A stretch of 64,000 bases of DNA, from positions 4,064,001 to 4,128,000 of the forward strand of contig OZ242214.1 of assembly GCA_965206595.1 (NCBI GenBank), in the 5' to 3' direction. Each line of letters begins with the position of its first letter. The first letter of the stretch is position 1. Shown here piece after piece: positions 1 to 12,552 of this stretch. The notes under the pieces are model-generated. The model saw only the letters and a list, made by a program, of their open reading frames with translations. It did not search any database and was not told the DNA's origin. Made by a program: the position numbers and the translations under genes. The stretch is from Candidatus Latescibacterota bacterium (GTDB taxonomy: Bacteria; Latescibacterota; UBA2968; UBA8231).

Positions 1-417
1 CATGCCGATGACCGGCGCTAGTCGCGCCGCGCGCACTACGTAGGCCTTCATGGCCTTGTATTCCGGCAGTGGTATCGTGCCCCGCAACCAGGCCTTCACC
101 TCGTTTTCTGCGGCCGCAGTCTCGTCGCGGCGGTCGTTCAAGTACAGGCCGACGTACAGGCTTAGCGTCACGGAGTCGAAGTACTTCCGCACCAAGGCGT
201 ATGCGTCGTTGATGCGCCCTTCCCCGAGGATCACCCGGATTGAGTTCAACGTGCCTCCCATAGCCTGGTACAGATTCGTGTCGATGTTCACGAATGCGCC
301 TGTGCCCGGGGATACGAACCCCATGATGGAGTCCGAGAGCCGCTCGTAGAATTCCGCGTATCGTTCAAGGGCGGCAAACACCGCGTGCGAGCGGTACGCC
401 GGATCGTCAGTTCTCAT
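1..417 (-). CDS. Hypothetical protein running off the window start (helical, weakly DUF5677/HEPN-like)
   Basis: Own translation MRTDDPAYRSHAVFAALERYAEFY...RINDAYALVRKYFDS...; ATG at 417 with GGAGGA RBS (421-426); open to base 1; not in the ORF track. Confidence 0.65.
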   Translation of the reverse strand, partial: MRTDDPAYRSHAVFAALERYAEFYERLSDSIMGFVSPGTGAFVNIDTNLYQAMGGTLNSIRVILGEGRINDAYALVRKYFDSVTLSLYVGLYLNDRRDETAAAENEVKAWLRGTIPLPEYKAMKAYVVRAARLAPVIGM

Positions 418-604
418 TCGTCCTCCGTTTGGGCGGCAGCCATCCGGGCTCGCAACTTTGGTCCAAGAGGGCCTTCGCCGCGAAGCCGATCACCCAAGCG
501 AGTCAGCGTCCCCGCTGTTTCTCGACGCCCTTTCCTTTTACACCGCGGAACTAAAGCCCCACCAGTTCCAAGCCTTCCCATAGATCCCATCTCCTGGCCG
601 GTGC

Positions 605-674
605 TGCCGCTACGTGGGCCGGCTGGCCCTGGGGCGGGGCGTCTGCGCGTCCTCGATGCCGACCATCTTTCCTT
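605..674 (+). mobile_element. IS91/ISCR-family transposase internal fragment (copy 1)
   Basis: Degenerate match to the CRYVARPALAGGRLRILDADHLS segment of copies 4 and 8. Confidence 0.75.
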
Positions 675-890
675 AGATTCGGGAGACGCGCGGCAGCTTG
701 GCGGGGAAAGACAAACGAATTCCCGTAATCTGCAATCGACGGGCCGAGTCCTTTGCGAGACGCAACATCAATGGGCTTCGGTGGTCGTCCAAGGGCACGG
801 CTACGACGAGGGGAGACGCGACTCAGAGTTCCAATGCATAGCTCTGCCGCGGCGTCCCTAACGCGGCCTCGGGGTCGCAGTTGATGGAGA

Positions 891-2443
891 CTTTCCAAGA
901 ACGACCATGAAAACTTCTGGAACGCCGGCGAACGCGACAAGATCGGAGGACTCGACATACTGGGTCTCCGCCGGTTGGACCAGAGCATCGAGCGGGAATG
1001 GGTAGGGGGAATCACGACGATCTCGCTCCGGGCTAGGTACCTATCGCTGCTCCCGTGGGTGGTCGTCGAGTCTACGAGGAGGAACTTCGCCGAGGCGGCG
1101 GAGTGGCGTCGTTCCACGAAGGCCGCTTCTACGAGATGCTCGGCCGGCTGGAGTTCGCCGTCCTCGCGGCTACCCGCGCGAAAGAGAAGGAAGAGCGGAA
1201 TGGCGGCATCTACGGGGTGCTTGGATCGCGATCGGACTTGTTCGGCCGCGCCTTGGCGGAGCTGGACGCGAAGGGGTCCGTGGAGTTGCCGGACGGTTGG
1301 GGCGGGGCTTCGTACGGAACCTACGTCATGCCGTGCCGGTCTTTCGGGCTTGTCGAGACGGGAGATCGCGATCTCCCGGTCGTGATCCCGCCGCGCGGGA
1401 AGGCTCTGCACAAGGCGCGGCGCGACGCTCTGCAGGGCTCGGCACTCGTAGAGGCGATCCTCCATGGTGGGTCGGTAACCGCGTCGACGCTCGCTTCGGA
1501 GGCGCTGTTCTTCTCCGTGAACGGTCTTGATGAACTTCCCCGCGAGCGTGAACTCCTGCAGGAGGCCTTCGTCCACGCATACGTGGATCGCCCGGATGTA
1601 AGCGCAACATACCGACGGTTTCTGGCGACGAGCCGTTGGGCCTTCGAGCGACTCGAAACGCATACGATGTCGTCCGCGCAACTCATCGTCAGCGCCTACA
1701 AGGAGGCCGTGGATGGAGTATCGAGCAGCGACGTCGAGACAGCGTGGGCCGAATACGAACTTCGACGACGCGTGCACTTCGCGATCGAACTGCTCCTGAG
1801 CGCGTTGACCGAGACGTTGATGGACCTGACCGAGGGTACGGTGGACGACGCACTGGATACTTGGTCGAGCGAGGAGCCCCTGCCGCAACTGCTCGTTGAC
1901 GTCCTCGGCGTCGAACAACCTGTCCTTCGAGCGACGGTGGAGGAGATCGAGCGGGGCATGGCGCAGAACGCCTGGCTTAGGCGGGCAGTGCCGATCGTTG
2001 CGGGGCGAGGGCTCCCTTCATGGTGCAAGGCGATCCTCGCCGTGGGCTTACTGGTGGCATCGAAGCGCCAGACCCAGGATGTTCGAGCGGCCGGGCAGAT
2101 ACCGGACCGGCGGGGGGAGTATCTGGAGAGGGCGTTCACCGTGCTAGACGCCGAGCGGAAGAGTCCAGTGGTAACGGCGCTGCGGAGGCTTCTCGTCGAG
2201 GTGGTGATTGAGGCCCACCTCTCGACGACACTTCGGAAGATGAGCCAGGGACAGAAGTGTTCGCTACGCTTCTTTCCGGAGGGGGCGTTGCTTCGGCCTA
2301 CCGGCATTCCAGTGTCTGCCGGGCAAAGCGGCGATCGGCTGGGAAACGTGTTGGGCGTGTGGGCGGATCTCGGCGTTCTTGAGCGGCGAGATGGAGGTTT
2401 CGGTCTGACAGAGCGAGGACGCCGGCTCGTACGGGAGTTGTAG
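891..2443 (+). pseudogene. DUF6361-like putative defence protein, frameshifted near 1070
   Basis: Frame 1 gives [38 protein letters not shown] and joins ORF 1055..2443 (YEEELRR...LTERGRRLVREL) if one T is restored; family assignment from motif memory. Confidence 0.6.
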
Positions 2444-2445
2444 GG

Positions 2446-2669
2446 ATGCGGTCGGATGTGCTGGAGGTGATTTCGTCCGCAAGGGATGTCACCAACGCGG
2501 TCGTTCTCACGCACAACATCGACTTTGTGTTCGTGCAAACGGTGGTCCTATCGGCGTTCCGGCAATGTGGCTATCCCACGATAACAGTTTTCGCCGACAG
2601 CGGGTGTGCGGCGGAATCCTTCGCCCAGCAAAAGGCTGTACTGACCGATCTGGGCGTACGGTACCGCGT
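2446..2669 (+). pseudogene. N-terminus of a phospholipase D-like (PLD fold) protein truncated by IS3
   Basis: NAVVLTHNIDFVFVQTVVLSAFR...TITVFADS resembles N-termini of PLD-type proteins; starts 2 nt after the upstream stop; interrupted at the IS3 end before any HxK motif. Confidence 0.55.
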
Positions 2670-2697
2670 TGATACTCCCCCGAAAAAGTGGACACTC

Positions 2698-3569
2698 TCA
2701 AGCGGCGATTGTGGATAACTGTTGCTCGAATGGGTCGGGTGTCACGTAGTCCAGGGTTGAATGAGTCCTTTTTCGGTTGTAGAAGACTTCGATGTATTCG
2801 AAAAGGCTGCGCTGTGCGGCCCGGTAGTCGAACCAGCGCTCGTGATAGGTCAACTCGGTCTTGAGCAGATGGAAGAAGGACTCGGCCACAGCGTTGTCCC
2901 AGCAGTCTCCTTTACGGCTCATGCTCTGCACGAAGCCTGTGTTGGGTGACCCACTCAGTGAAGCCGGTGCAGGCCTAGTGCACGCCGCGATCGGAGTGGA
3001 TGATCAAGTCCCTTCGGCGGTCGCCGTCGAATGACGGCCCGCTTCAGAGCGGTCAGCGCCACGCTGTGATCCAGCGCCGAGCTCAACGCCCAGCCAACCA
3101 CGCGTCGCGAATACAGGTCGATGAAGACCCCCAGATACAGCCAGCCGCGACCGACGCGCAGGTAGGTGAGGTCGCTGACCCACACCTGATTGGGGCGTTG
3201 CGCGGTGAAATCGCGCTGCAGCCGATTCGGCGCTACCGCAAACCGATGCCGCGAGGTTGTCGTCACCTTGAAGCGACGGCGGACGATCGAGCGCAGCCCC
3301 AGCTGCCGCATGCGCCGTGCAACGCGATTCTTGCTCACTCGCCAGCCTCGTGTCCCCAGAGCTCGAGTGATCTTCGGACTCCCGGAGCGCCGCCTGCTGG
3401 CCTCGTACAACTCGTTGATCTCGACATCCAGTCGCCGTGTCTCCTCAGTCCGAGGACGGATCGGACGCTGCTGCCAGGCGTAGAAACCGCTGCGAGACAC
3501 CTGCAGAACTCGACACAACATGGTGATCGGGTACCTCGCCCTCTCCGCCTCGATGAAGTCGTACCTCAT
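2698..3569 (-). pseudogene. IS3 transposase OrfB (DDE integrase core), frameshifted near 3000
   Basis: WVSDLTYL...FIDLYSRRVVGW in 2955..3569 and SMSRKGDCWDNAVAESFF in 2698..2931. Confidence 0.9.
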
Positions 3570-3853
3570 CGCGATTCGTTGGCGAAGAAGGCCGCCGCCT
3601 TTTTTAGGATATCCCGCTCCTGCGATACCCGCGTCAACTCACGACGCAGTCGCCTGATCTCCTCGTCGCTATCACTCAAGTGGCCGGTCCCCGGAAAGGC
3701 TTCCTCTGCCTTGGCCTTCAACTGCTTCTTCCAACGGCTGATGAGGCCCTGGCTGATGCCCAGGCGCCGCTCTACCTCAACAGCCGTACTCCCCTCTTCC
3801 GAGGCCATGCGGATAGCCTCCAGCTTGAACTCTCGATCATACTTTCCTGTCAT
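3566..3853 (-). CDS. IS3 transposase OrfA (HTH)
   Basis: MTGKYDREFKLEAIRM...ERDILKKAAAFFA; AGGAGG RBS. Confidence 0.92.
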   Translation of the reverse strand: MTGKYDREFKLEAIRMASEEGSTAVEVERRLGISQGLISRWKKQLKAKAEEAFPGTGHLSDSDEEIRRLRRELTRVSQERDILKKAAAFFANESR

Positions 3854-3919
3854 GATAACACCTCCTGCCGGAAATCTAACTCGGCGCTTCGAGGTGTCCA
3901 CTCGCATGGGGAAACATCA

Positions 3920-4028
3920 GAGAGTAGGACGGTCGCCCCTCCGCCGCCACGTGTTCCAGGACGGCAGCCAATCGTTCGATCCATGCTGCTTCCTTGAAGT
4001 TTGGGTATGTCACCCTTCTCTTCATCAT
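3920..4028 (-). pseudogene. Possible 5' stub of an unknown gene truncated by IS3
   Basis: MMKRRVTYPNFKEAAWIERLAAVLEHVAAEGRPSYS runs into the IS3 end. Confidence 0.3.
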
Positions 4029-4325
4029 TTTCGCCCCGCCCCTGCAATGGCAAGGTTCACGGCAGGCGAAGTTCGTTGGTATGACGGCATATCATCTCGG
4101 AGACTTTGGCATGGGGGCGGACTGAACTAGGCAAGCCACGTAGCGGCACAAAGCGTTCGAGCCCCGCCGGTAGAAGCCCACGCTTCGTCAAATGTCGGTC
4201 GGGGGAACTCTTAAGACCGAGAGGCCGCTCCGAAGAAGCCTTTGGTTTTCGGCATAGGCCATTCGTGGAAGCACGGGTTTTATCTGACCATGATCACTCA
4301 TCTGTAAAATCCGACCAACAATAGA

Positions 4326-4556
4326 TCAATTGCCGGGCAGATCAATGAATGCCTCCCGGTCAATCCCGACATCTCTCTGAATCTTGGACATGAGGCCAAC
4401 GCCGATCGTTTCACCGCCGTGAATGGGCACAACCGTGCTCCGTCCATCAGGGTGCTTCATAATCGCGTGACTCCCTCGTTGCCTCACAAGCTCGAAACCA
4501 ACCTTCCGCAGAGATCGGACCAAATGGGCACCCGTCACGCCCGGCATTCTGTTCAT
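4326..4556 (-). CDS. hicA: HicA-family mRNA interferase toxin
   Basis: GFELVRQRGSHAIMKHPDGRSTVVPIH motif; 76 aa. Confidence 0.93.
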   Translation of the reverse strand: MNRMPGVTGAHLVRSLRKVGFELVRQRGSHAIMKHPDGRSTVVPIHGGETIGVGLMSKIQRDVGIDREAFIDLPGN

Positions 4557-4774
4557 ACGGATATTCTTTGAATGCCTACCAGTTCAAGCGGACTCGGGGC
4601 GTCTTCGCCCTCTCTTCCCTCGACTTCAAGCCAGAGGGCGATCGCCTCCTCCATCCGTTCGATCAACTGATCAATTGACGTTCCCTGGGTATGACAGCCC
4701 GGTAGACCGGGAACGCTCCCAACGTAAAAACCGTCTTCATCCTTCTCGATGACGATAGTGTATTCAGTGCTCAT
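4553..4774 (-). CDS. hicB: HicB-family antitoxin (short, no DNA-binding tail)
   Basis: YTIVIEKDEDGFYVGSVPGLPGCHTQG...MEEAIALWLE; ATGA overlap with hicA. Confidence 0.92.
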   Translation of the reverse strand: MSTEYTIVIEKDEDGFYVGSVPGLPGCHTQGTSIDQLIERMEEAIALWLEVEGREGEDAPSPLELVGIQRISV

Positions 4775-5194
4775 CGGATTCTCCCATAGTTCAGAACGCC
4801 ACGGGCAGATTGGGGCGGCCAACGACGGCAAGCCCACCGCAGGCCGTCAATGGGTTCCGGTTTTCCCCGTCGCGTCGAACCAGCCCGCGTGCCGCCTTGA
4901 TGTCGGCCTCGTGTCACGAGATAGAATTCTCATTGTTTTAAAACCCTGTCAAGAGGCCTTTTTTCTCCACAGCCCTCAGAATTACCGCGCCAGTCTCAAC
5001 AACATGCCGGCCTTCGCCGGCTTCCAGTGAAGCCGGGACCATGACGCCCACCTCGTCGAACGGAGTGACCCAGTCTTCGCCTCCGTACCGGGTGTAGCCG
5101 ATTTTCGCGCGAAGCCCCAGTTGTTGTCCAGCATCTGCTTCATGCCGGGGCCGGCCGTCCAACCCTGCAGTTCCATGTCGCGACTGTCCGTACC

Positions 5195-5368
5195 TCGCGC
5201 GGCTTTTCGCTGCATGCCGCTACGCGGATCGCGGGCCCTGACCGGCAGGGGCTCGAACGCTTATGGCGCTACGTGGCCCGGCCGGCCCTGGCCTCGGGGC
5301 GCCTGCGCCTCCTCGATTCGCAGCGGCTTTCCTTCGCGCTCAAAACGCCGTGGTCGGATGGGACCCGC
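5195..5368 (+). mobile_element. IS91/ISCR-family transposase internal fragment (copy 2)
   Basis: SRGFSLHA.TRIAGPDRQGLERLWRYVARPALASGRLRLLDSQRLSFALKTPWSDGTR. Confidence 0.85.
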
Positions 5369-5480
5369 GGGTGCGCACCCCCGTCGAAGGGGTGCAGGCG
5401 GCGGGTCGCTATCAGGTTGCCTTGGATGGCCGCAGCGACGACGGGATGGCGTTGGCCAGCGGCGTGTACGTGTCTCCGTT
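5369..5480 (+). pseudogene. Fragment of a FlgD-Ig/CTD-like C-terminal domain
   Basis: VRTPVEGVQAAGRYQVALDGRSDDGMALASGVY matches tails of the 15270 and 56745 proteins. Confidence 0.65.
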
Positions 5481-5559
5481 GCGCTTAGGCTCCTTCCCCT
5501 TCGGTATCCGGTAGCCGACGCGAGGCTCGGTGAAGATGTAGGTGGGGTGTTGCTCGAGC

Positions 5560-5895
5560 GTTGTTTCAGCCCCACCGGTTGCCAATGGGCTTGGGATGAA
5601 TCCAGGTTCGGTCATTCTTGGTGTCCTGACCTCCGGACGCAGCCGCAAGCTGAGGCTCGGTGAGTTGACGGTGGAGCTGCGCCATGCACCCCGCTGGCAG
5701 TTGGCAGCGCCTCATCGGCCGGCAGGCGAAGTAGTGCGCGCACTGTCCTGGCTGGGTCCCGATGGGGTGGAGGCTGGCCTGGAAATGATAGGTGGCAAGC
5801 TCTCCGCGGAGGACTTTAAGGAGTTGGCTGCATCGCGTGCTCTAATGCCTGCTTGGGTAGCAGGGCCCGTGAGCGCACTGGTGGCCAATGGCTGA
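5560..5895 (+). pseudogene. 5'-truncated DUF6088/AbiEi-type antitoxin
   Basis: ANGLG...LTSGRSRKLRLGELTVELRHAPRWQL...GEVVRALSWLGP; overlaps the AbiEii start. Confidence 0.75.
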
Positions 5896-6755
5896 CACGT
5901 CGTTTCAGTCACTCTCGCTCGAAGACCAGCGGGATGCCCTGGGGGTGGCCGCCAGCCTCAGCGGAAGACAAGCACATCTCCTGGAGAAGGACATCTGGGT
6001 TGTTCACACCTTGAGCGCTCTTGTGAAAAGCCCTTTTGGCGGGGCCTTGACGTTCAAGGGAGGAACCTCTCTGGCCAAGGCATATCACGCTATTCGTCGA
6101 TTCTCGGAAGACCTCGGCATCACCCATGACATCCGCACCATTGCTCCTGACTTGGTGGAGAGAGGTGGGGGAGACGCTTTGCCATCCACGCGCAGCCAGG
6201 AGCGAAACTGGACGCGGGAAATAAGGAAGCGCTTGGCCGAATGGGTGGGAGAACATGCACGTCCCACCATCGAGACCAACCTGTCGCAATCCGGCCTGTC
6301 GGCACGGGTGCGAGCTGACCAGGACCGGGTATTCGTTGGCTATGAGCCGTTGTTCTTCTGACTACGGCTTCGTCAGGCCGGAGGTAACGCTGGGGTTTGG
6401 GGCACGCTCGACAGGAGAGCCTCGCGAGGAGCGTCAGATCGAGTGCGATGCGGCACCTTACATATCTGACGTAGCGTTCCCCACAGCTCACACCCTGGTC
6501 ATGTTGGCCGAGCGCACGTTCTGGGAGAAAGCTACCGCCATGCACGTCTTCTGTCGCCAGCAACGAAGACGCGGGGAGCGACTCTCCCGCCACTGGTATG
6601 ACCTGGTACGCCTGGATGACGCCAGCTTTGCCCAGACCGCGCTTGGCGACCGTACGCTGGCCCAATCGGTAGCGAGGCACAAGGCGATGTTCTTCCGGGA
6701 AAAGGACGCCTTGGAGTGTTGGATCGACTACGAGGCGGCAGTAACGGGGGGTGTC
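5888..6755 (+). pseudogene. AbiEii/AbiGii nucleotidyltransferase toxin (type IV TA), frameshift near 6355, 3'-truncated
   Basis: LLEKDIWVV...FKGGTSLAKAY..IRRFSEDL, then FGARSTGEP...ERTFWEKATAMH...SRHWYDL in the next frame. Confidence 0.85.
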
Positions 6756-6868
6756 TTTAAGCATTCTTATCAAAAATCCAACGGGGGAAGAGAAAGAAAT
6801 AGCATCCGCGACACGCAGAATGATTAGGGCAATGGATGAGCTGTTTGAGTTGGAGCAATTCCTAAACC

Positions 6869-7408
6869 ACGCTACCACGGGGTCCTGGCGCCCCGGGCCC
6901 GGGCCCGCGACCGCATCGTGCCAGCCAAGCCGGTTGCCGAGTCGTCGGCGGCGGACGGCTCGGCGAGCGTTGCGTCCTGCGGCCATCGACTGCGGTGGGC
7001 GACCCTGCTGGCGCGGGTGTTTTCCTCCGACCTCAGCGAATGCGCGGCATGCGGCGGTCGCCTGAGAATCATCGCCGCCCTGACCGATCCGGCCTCGATC
7101 CGGACCTATCCTGGAGGGAGTAGGGCTGCCGGCGATGCCCCCGCCGAGGGCCCCGCCTGAGCCGCTTTTCGAGTTCGCCGCCTGACCTCCTTCGCGATGG
7201 GCTCCCGGCACCGGTGAGCCGTACGGAGGAGTGCGCGCTCAAGTACCAGATCGACCCCTGAAACGGGCCGAAATCAAATTACAACGGTACTCTGAGCTTT
7301 TCTCAAACGATTCTGGACGACGAAAAGCGATTCATCAGGGACCCTGATGGACCTTTACGCACGTTCTCAGTGAACGGAATAGTACCGATATGTGCCTGAT
7401 TCCTATAC
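6869..7408 (+). mobile_element. IS91/ISCR 3' fragment with type-B tail and oriIS-like end (copy 3)
   Basis: RYHGVLAP...WATLLARVF...CAACGGRLRIIAALTDP; ends GTGCCTGATTCCTATAC. Confidence 0.88.
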
Positions 7409-8317
7409 TCTTTGAGACCGTGATTTCCACCGCGTGACGTATCGAGAAGTTGCGCGCAAGCTGACGCTGCTCGGATGCCAGGAACGTGAGCGACATCGAC
7501 CGGGCGCGAGGGACTGCACTCCGCGCCGCGGGACTCGCCCCTGACAGCCGGACTCCGGCTCCCGGTGTCACGGTGTGCCCGATGTGTTGTGAGAGCGGGG
7601 AAAGCGCCGCTGGCCGCGCGGGGCTTAGCTTAGCGGGAATGGCAGCCTTACGGTCCGGCGAAAGGGTCGCCGCGACGCTCGGAGTGGCTGGCGCCGTCGT
7701 GGCGTGCGCGTGCAGTGGGTTCGACCGGCACGCCGGTCAGCGCCGGCAAGGGCATCCTGGTCGGGGAGAGCGTGTGGCCGATGCGCTCTGCAAGGTGGTC
7801 CTCACCGGATGGGCTACCTTTGTCGGATGCGGGGGTGCGCGCGAGGTCGTCGTCCAGAGTTCATTTTTGGCGGGAACCTCAGCACAACGGCGACTACATG
7901 GCAACTGGCGCGTATGGCGGCGAGCTGATAGCGTTCGCCGGGTCATGGGAACCTGCGCACAACCGCATGGTGCGGATACGTGTGTTCGACCCAGCCTCAG
8001 CCTTGGAGCGCCCCGAGACGACGTTGGGTCGTTTTACCCCAATATTGTTGGATTAAGGCTGCAGTGCTATGGTCCGTGGCGTGCTCGTACGCTCTAGTCG
8101 CTGTGGACCGCCAGAGTCTTGGGATTCGGTGCGCACGCCGCCACGAGGGAAGCTTGATGACGAATGAACCCGACGTAACCACCTGTCTGCTAGGGGTCGG
8201 AAGCCGCTTCGAGACTGCCGCCGCTAGCGTTTTCCGCCCCAGTAATTCGGAGCGGATAGCCATCGGATCCGAGCTGCGGACGGTGCCAGGCCGCGGCACC
8301 GGACGAGGGCTGGCGCA

Positions 8318-10423
8318 ATGAAAGCTACCGAAGCCAAGTTCCTAGATTTCCTCGAGAACTCACCACAGTTCGTCATCCCGATCTATCAGCGCACGTACTC
8401 ATGGACCGAGCGTGAGTGCCGCCAGCTATGGGATGACATCGTGCGGACCGGAAGCAACGATGCCGTCTCGGCCCATTTTGTCGGTTCCATCGTCTACATC
8501 GAGAAGGGCTTGTACCAGGTATCCCGTAGGCCACCTCTCCTTGTGATAGATGGCCAGCAGAGACTGACCACGGTCACCTTGATTCTCGAAGCCTTAGCGC
8601 GCCAACTGGGGGATCGCGAGCCCGTTGACGGCTTCTCGGCCGAGAAATTGCGCAGTTACTACGTGCTGAATCCGTTGGAGAAGGGAGAGCGCGGATTCAA
8701 GCTGCTGCTCACACAGACCGACAAGGCGAGCCTGCTGGCCTTGGTTCAACAGAAGGCACAACCCACCGACCAATCCCTGCGCGTCACTGAGAATTTCGCC
8801 TTCTTCGAGGAGCAGGTGCAGAACCTTGGGGCCAACCTTCCCGCGCTTTGCCACGGCCTTGCGAAGCTGGTCGTGGTCGACATCGCGCTCAGTCGAGACC
8901 AGGACAATCCCCAGCTCATCTTTGAGAGTATGAACTCGACCGGACGCGAGCTGAGCCAGGCCGACCTGATCCGAAATTATATCCTGATGGGGCTAGAGCC
9001 CGCTCACCAGACTCGGCTATACGAGGATCACTGGCGCCCGATGGAAGTGGGTTTTGGGCAGGAGGGGTACGGCTCACATTTCGACAGCTTCATGCGGCAC
9101 TACTTGACGCTCAAGACGGGAGAGATACCGAACATTCGAGCGGTATACGAAGCGTTCAAGTCTCATGCGCGAACGCCGGATATAGACGCTGCGGGCGTGG
9201 ATGCGCTCGTCGCGGATATTCACGCCTTCGCGGGCTATTACTGCGCGATGGCACTGGGGAAAGAAGCCGATAAGAGGCTCGCTGAGGCATTTCGTGACCT
9301 GAGAGAGCTGAAGGTGGACGTCGCCTATCCGTTCTTGCTTGAGCTCTACGATGATTATGCCAACGGAAGACTCGAGAGCACTGACTTCGAGGCTGCCGTC
9401 CGGTTGGTCGAGGCGTACGTATTCCGCCGCTCGGTGTGTGCGATTCCTACAAACTCGCTGAATAAGACTTTCGGCACTTTCGGGCGAGCGCTGCAGAAAG
9501 ACCGGTACCTTGAGAGCGTCCAGGCTCACTTGCTGACGCTGCCTTCCTATCGCCGGTTCCCGGGCGACGAGGAGTTCAAGCGCGAGTTTGTCGTGCGTGA
9601 TCTCTACAACTTTCCTCGTCGAAGCTACTGGCTGCGCCGACTCGAAAACGATGGCCGCAAGGAGCGTGTTCCAGTCGACGAATACACCATCGAGCACATC
9701 CTTCCGCAAAACGAGAATCTGTCTGCGAAGTGGCGGGAGGAACTCGGACCCGAGTGGCAGCGCGTCCAGGAAACCTGGTTACACACGCTCGGAAATCTTA
9801 CGCTCACCGGCTACAACGTCGAATACAGCGACCGATCCTTTTCGGAAAAGCGTGAGATGAAAGGGGGATTCCGGGAGAGCCCACTAAAGCTCAACGAGGG
9901 CCTGAGAAGCCTCGACAAGTGGGATGAAGCGGCTATCAAGAACCGCGCTCAACGCCTTGCCGCTGTGGCCGCGGGTGTATGGGCGGTGCCTTCTTTGCGA
10001 GCCGAAGTACTCGAGTCGTACCGTCCGCGTGGCGAGCAAGCAGGGGGCTACACGATCGATGACCATCCGCAGCTCGCGATCGGTTCGCCCATGCGCGAGC
10101 TGTTCGAGATCTTTCGTAAGGACCTTCGGGCGCTCGACCCGTGCGTCTCGGAAGAGTTTCTGAAGCTCTATGTCGCCTACAAGGCCGAGACTAACTTCGT
10201 AGACATAATTCCCCAGAAAAGTCGCCTTCGCCTGTCGCTCAATATGCAGTTTCACGAATTACATGATCCGAGAGTTCTGGCCAAGGACGTCACCAATCTT
10301 GGTCGTTGGGGTAATGGTGATGTAGAGGTAGGCCTTAGCAAGCCGGAAGAGCTGCCCTACGTGATGGGCCTGGTCCGGCAGGCGTTCGAAAAGCAAATTG
10401 GATTCGTAGAGGCGGAAGCGTGA
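8318..10423 (+). CDS. GmrSD-like modification-dependent restriction nuclease (DUF262 + DUF1524/HNH + DUF5655-like tail)
   Basis: [43 protein letters not shown] motifs; 701 aa intact. Confidence 0.92.
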   Translation: MKATEAKFLDFLENSPQFVIPIYQRTYSWTERECRQLWDDIVRTGSNDAVSAHFVGSIVYIEKGLYQVSRRPPLLVIDGQQRLTTVTLILEALARQLGDREPVDGFSAEKLRSYYVLNPLEKGERGFKLLLTQTDKASLLALVQQKAQPTDQSLRVTENFAFFEEQVQNLGANLPALCHGLAKLVVVDIALSRDQDNPQLIFESMNSTGRELSQADLIRNYILMGLEPAHQTRLYEDHWRPMEVGFGQEGYGSHFDSFMRHYLTLKTGEIPNIRAVYEAFKSHARTPDIDAAGVDALVADIHAFAGYYCAMALGKEADKRLAEAFRDLRELKVDVAYPFLLELYDDYANGRLESTDFEAAVRLVEAYVFRRSVCAIPTNSLNKTFGTFGRALQKDRYLESVQAHLLTLPSYRRFPGDEEFKREFVVRDLYNFPRRSYWLRRLENDGRKERVPVDEYTIEHILPQNENLSAKWREELGPEWQRVQETWLHTLGNLTLTGYNVEYSDRSFSEKREMKGGFRESPLKLNEGLRSLDKWDEAAIKNRAQRLAAVAAGVWAVPSLRAEVLESYRPRGEQAGGYTIDDHPQLAIGSPMRELFEIFRKDLRALDPCVSEEFLKLYVAYKAETNFVDIIPQKSRLRLSLNMQFHELHDPRVLAKDVTNLGRWGNGDVEVGLSKPEELPYVMGLVRQAFEKQIGFVEAEA

Positions 10424-10437
10424 GAGAGGGGCGGACG

Positions 10438-11475
<1,038 letters not shown>

Positions 11476-11499
11476 GTTCTCGACGCCGACATGGACCGG

Positions 11500-11695
11500 G
11501 CCACAGGCGCGATTCGGCCCCGGGCAACCGTGCCACCATCCTCAATCCGGCGCCGGCCCAGGACCTGTCGGCCCACGATCTGTCGAGCGTGTCGGTGATC
11601 ACCCCGAACGAGACCGAGGCGCGCGCATGCCTGGGCCTGGGCGCGGGCGAGCGCGCCGACGAGGAAGCGCCGGGCGGCCGCCTGCTGGAACGCGG
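11500..11695 (+). pseudogene. Internal fragment of a ribokinase/PfkB-family kinase
   Basis: [12 protein letters not shown]...[16 protein letters not shown]...LLERG. Confidence 0.75.
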
Positions 11696-12467
11696 CTTCT
11701 CCCTGCATGCAACGCGGATCGCAGGCCCTGACCGGCGGGGGCTCGAACGCTTGGGCCGCTACGTGGCCCGGCCGGCCCTGGCGGGAGGGCGTCTGCGCCT
11801 CGTCGATGCCGACCCTCTTTCCTTCGCGCTCAAAACGCCGTGGTCGGATGGGACCCGCCCTCTCCTGCTGTCTCCGATGGAACTGCTGGAGAAGCTGGCG
11901 GCTCTGGTTCCCCCGCCCCGGTTTCATCTCCTGCGCTACCACGGGGTCCTGGCGCCCCGGGCCCGGGCCCGCGACCGCATCGTGCCGGCCCAGCCGGTTG
12001 CCGAGCCGTCGGCGGCGGACGCCTCGACGAGCGCTGCGGCCTGCGGCCATCGACTGCGCTGGGCGACCCTGCTGGCGCGGGTGTTTTCCTCCGACCTCAG
12101 CGAATGCGCGGCCTGTGGCGGGCGCCTGCGGATCGTCGCCGCCCTGACCGATCCGACCTCGATCCGGACCTATCTGGAGAGGTAGGACTGCCGGCGATGC
12201 CCCCGCCGAGGGCCCAGCCTGAGCCGCAGTTCGAGTTGGCCGCCTGACCTGCCTTCTCGACCCGATGCCGTCGCCGGGCGTACGGCGGGGTGTGCCCTCA
12301 AAGGCCCCTCAGACCCGTATTGATCCGGATACGGGCGGACAGGCAACCCAAACTGTACTGCGAGCTCGGTCGAAGGATTGGAAAAACGATCCTCAGGGGA
12401 GTTGCCAGACCCTTGCGGTGCGCTTAGCGCCTTGACCGAGAGTCCAAAAAGGCGCCTCATTTTTCCT
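11691..12467 (+). mobile_element. IS91/ISCR 3' fragment with type-A tail and degenerate oriIS-like end (copy 4)
   Basis: RGFSLHA...LERLGRYVARP...PPPRFHLLRYHGVLAP; ends AAAAAGGCGCCTCATTTTTCCT. Confidence 0.9.
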
Positions 12468-12552
12468 CGCTACGGAATCATGAGCCCGCAACCCCTCAAG
12501 CTGATGCCTTCTCCTTGAGGGCCACCGTTCAGTGTGGGATCACTACCCAAGG

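Larger units (their letters stand above)
2670..3919 (-). mobile_element. IS3-family insertion sequence
   Basis: Imperfect IRs TGATACTCCCCCGAAAAAGTGGACAC / TGATGTTTCCCCATGCGAGTGGACAC; orfA+orfB; no target duplication. Confidence 0.93.

Noticed and set aside
4100-4320. Short hairpins downstream of hicA as a structured RNA
   Set aside because: Stems are only 4-5 bp and within chance expectation
7410-8317. ORFs 7486..8097 and 7715..8056, or an ncRNA upstream of gmrSD
   Set aside because: No recognisable motif, RBS or convincing structure
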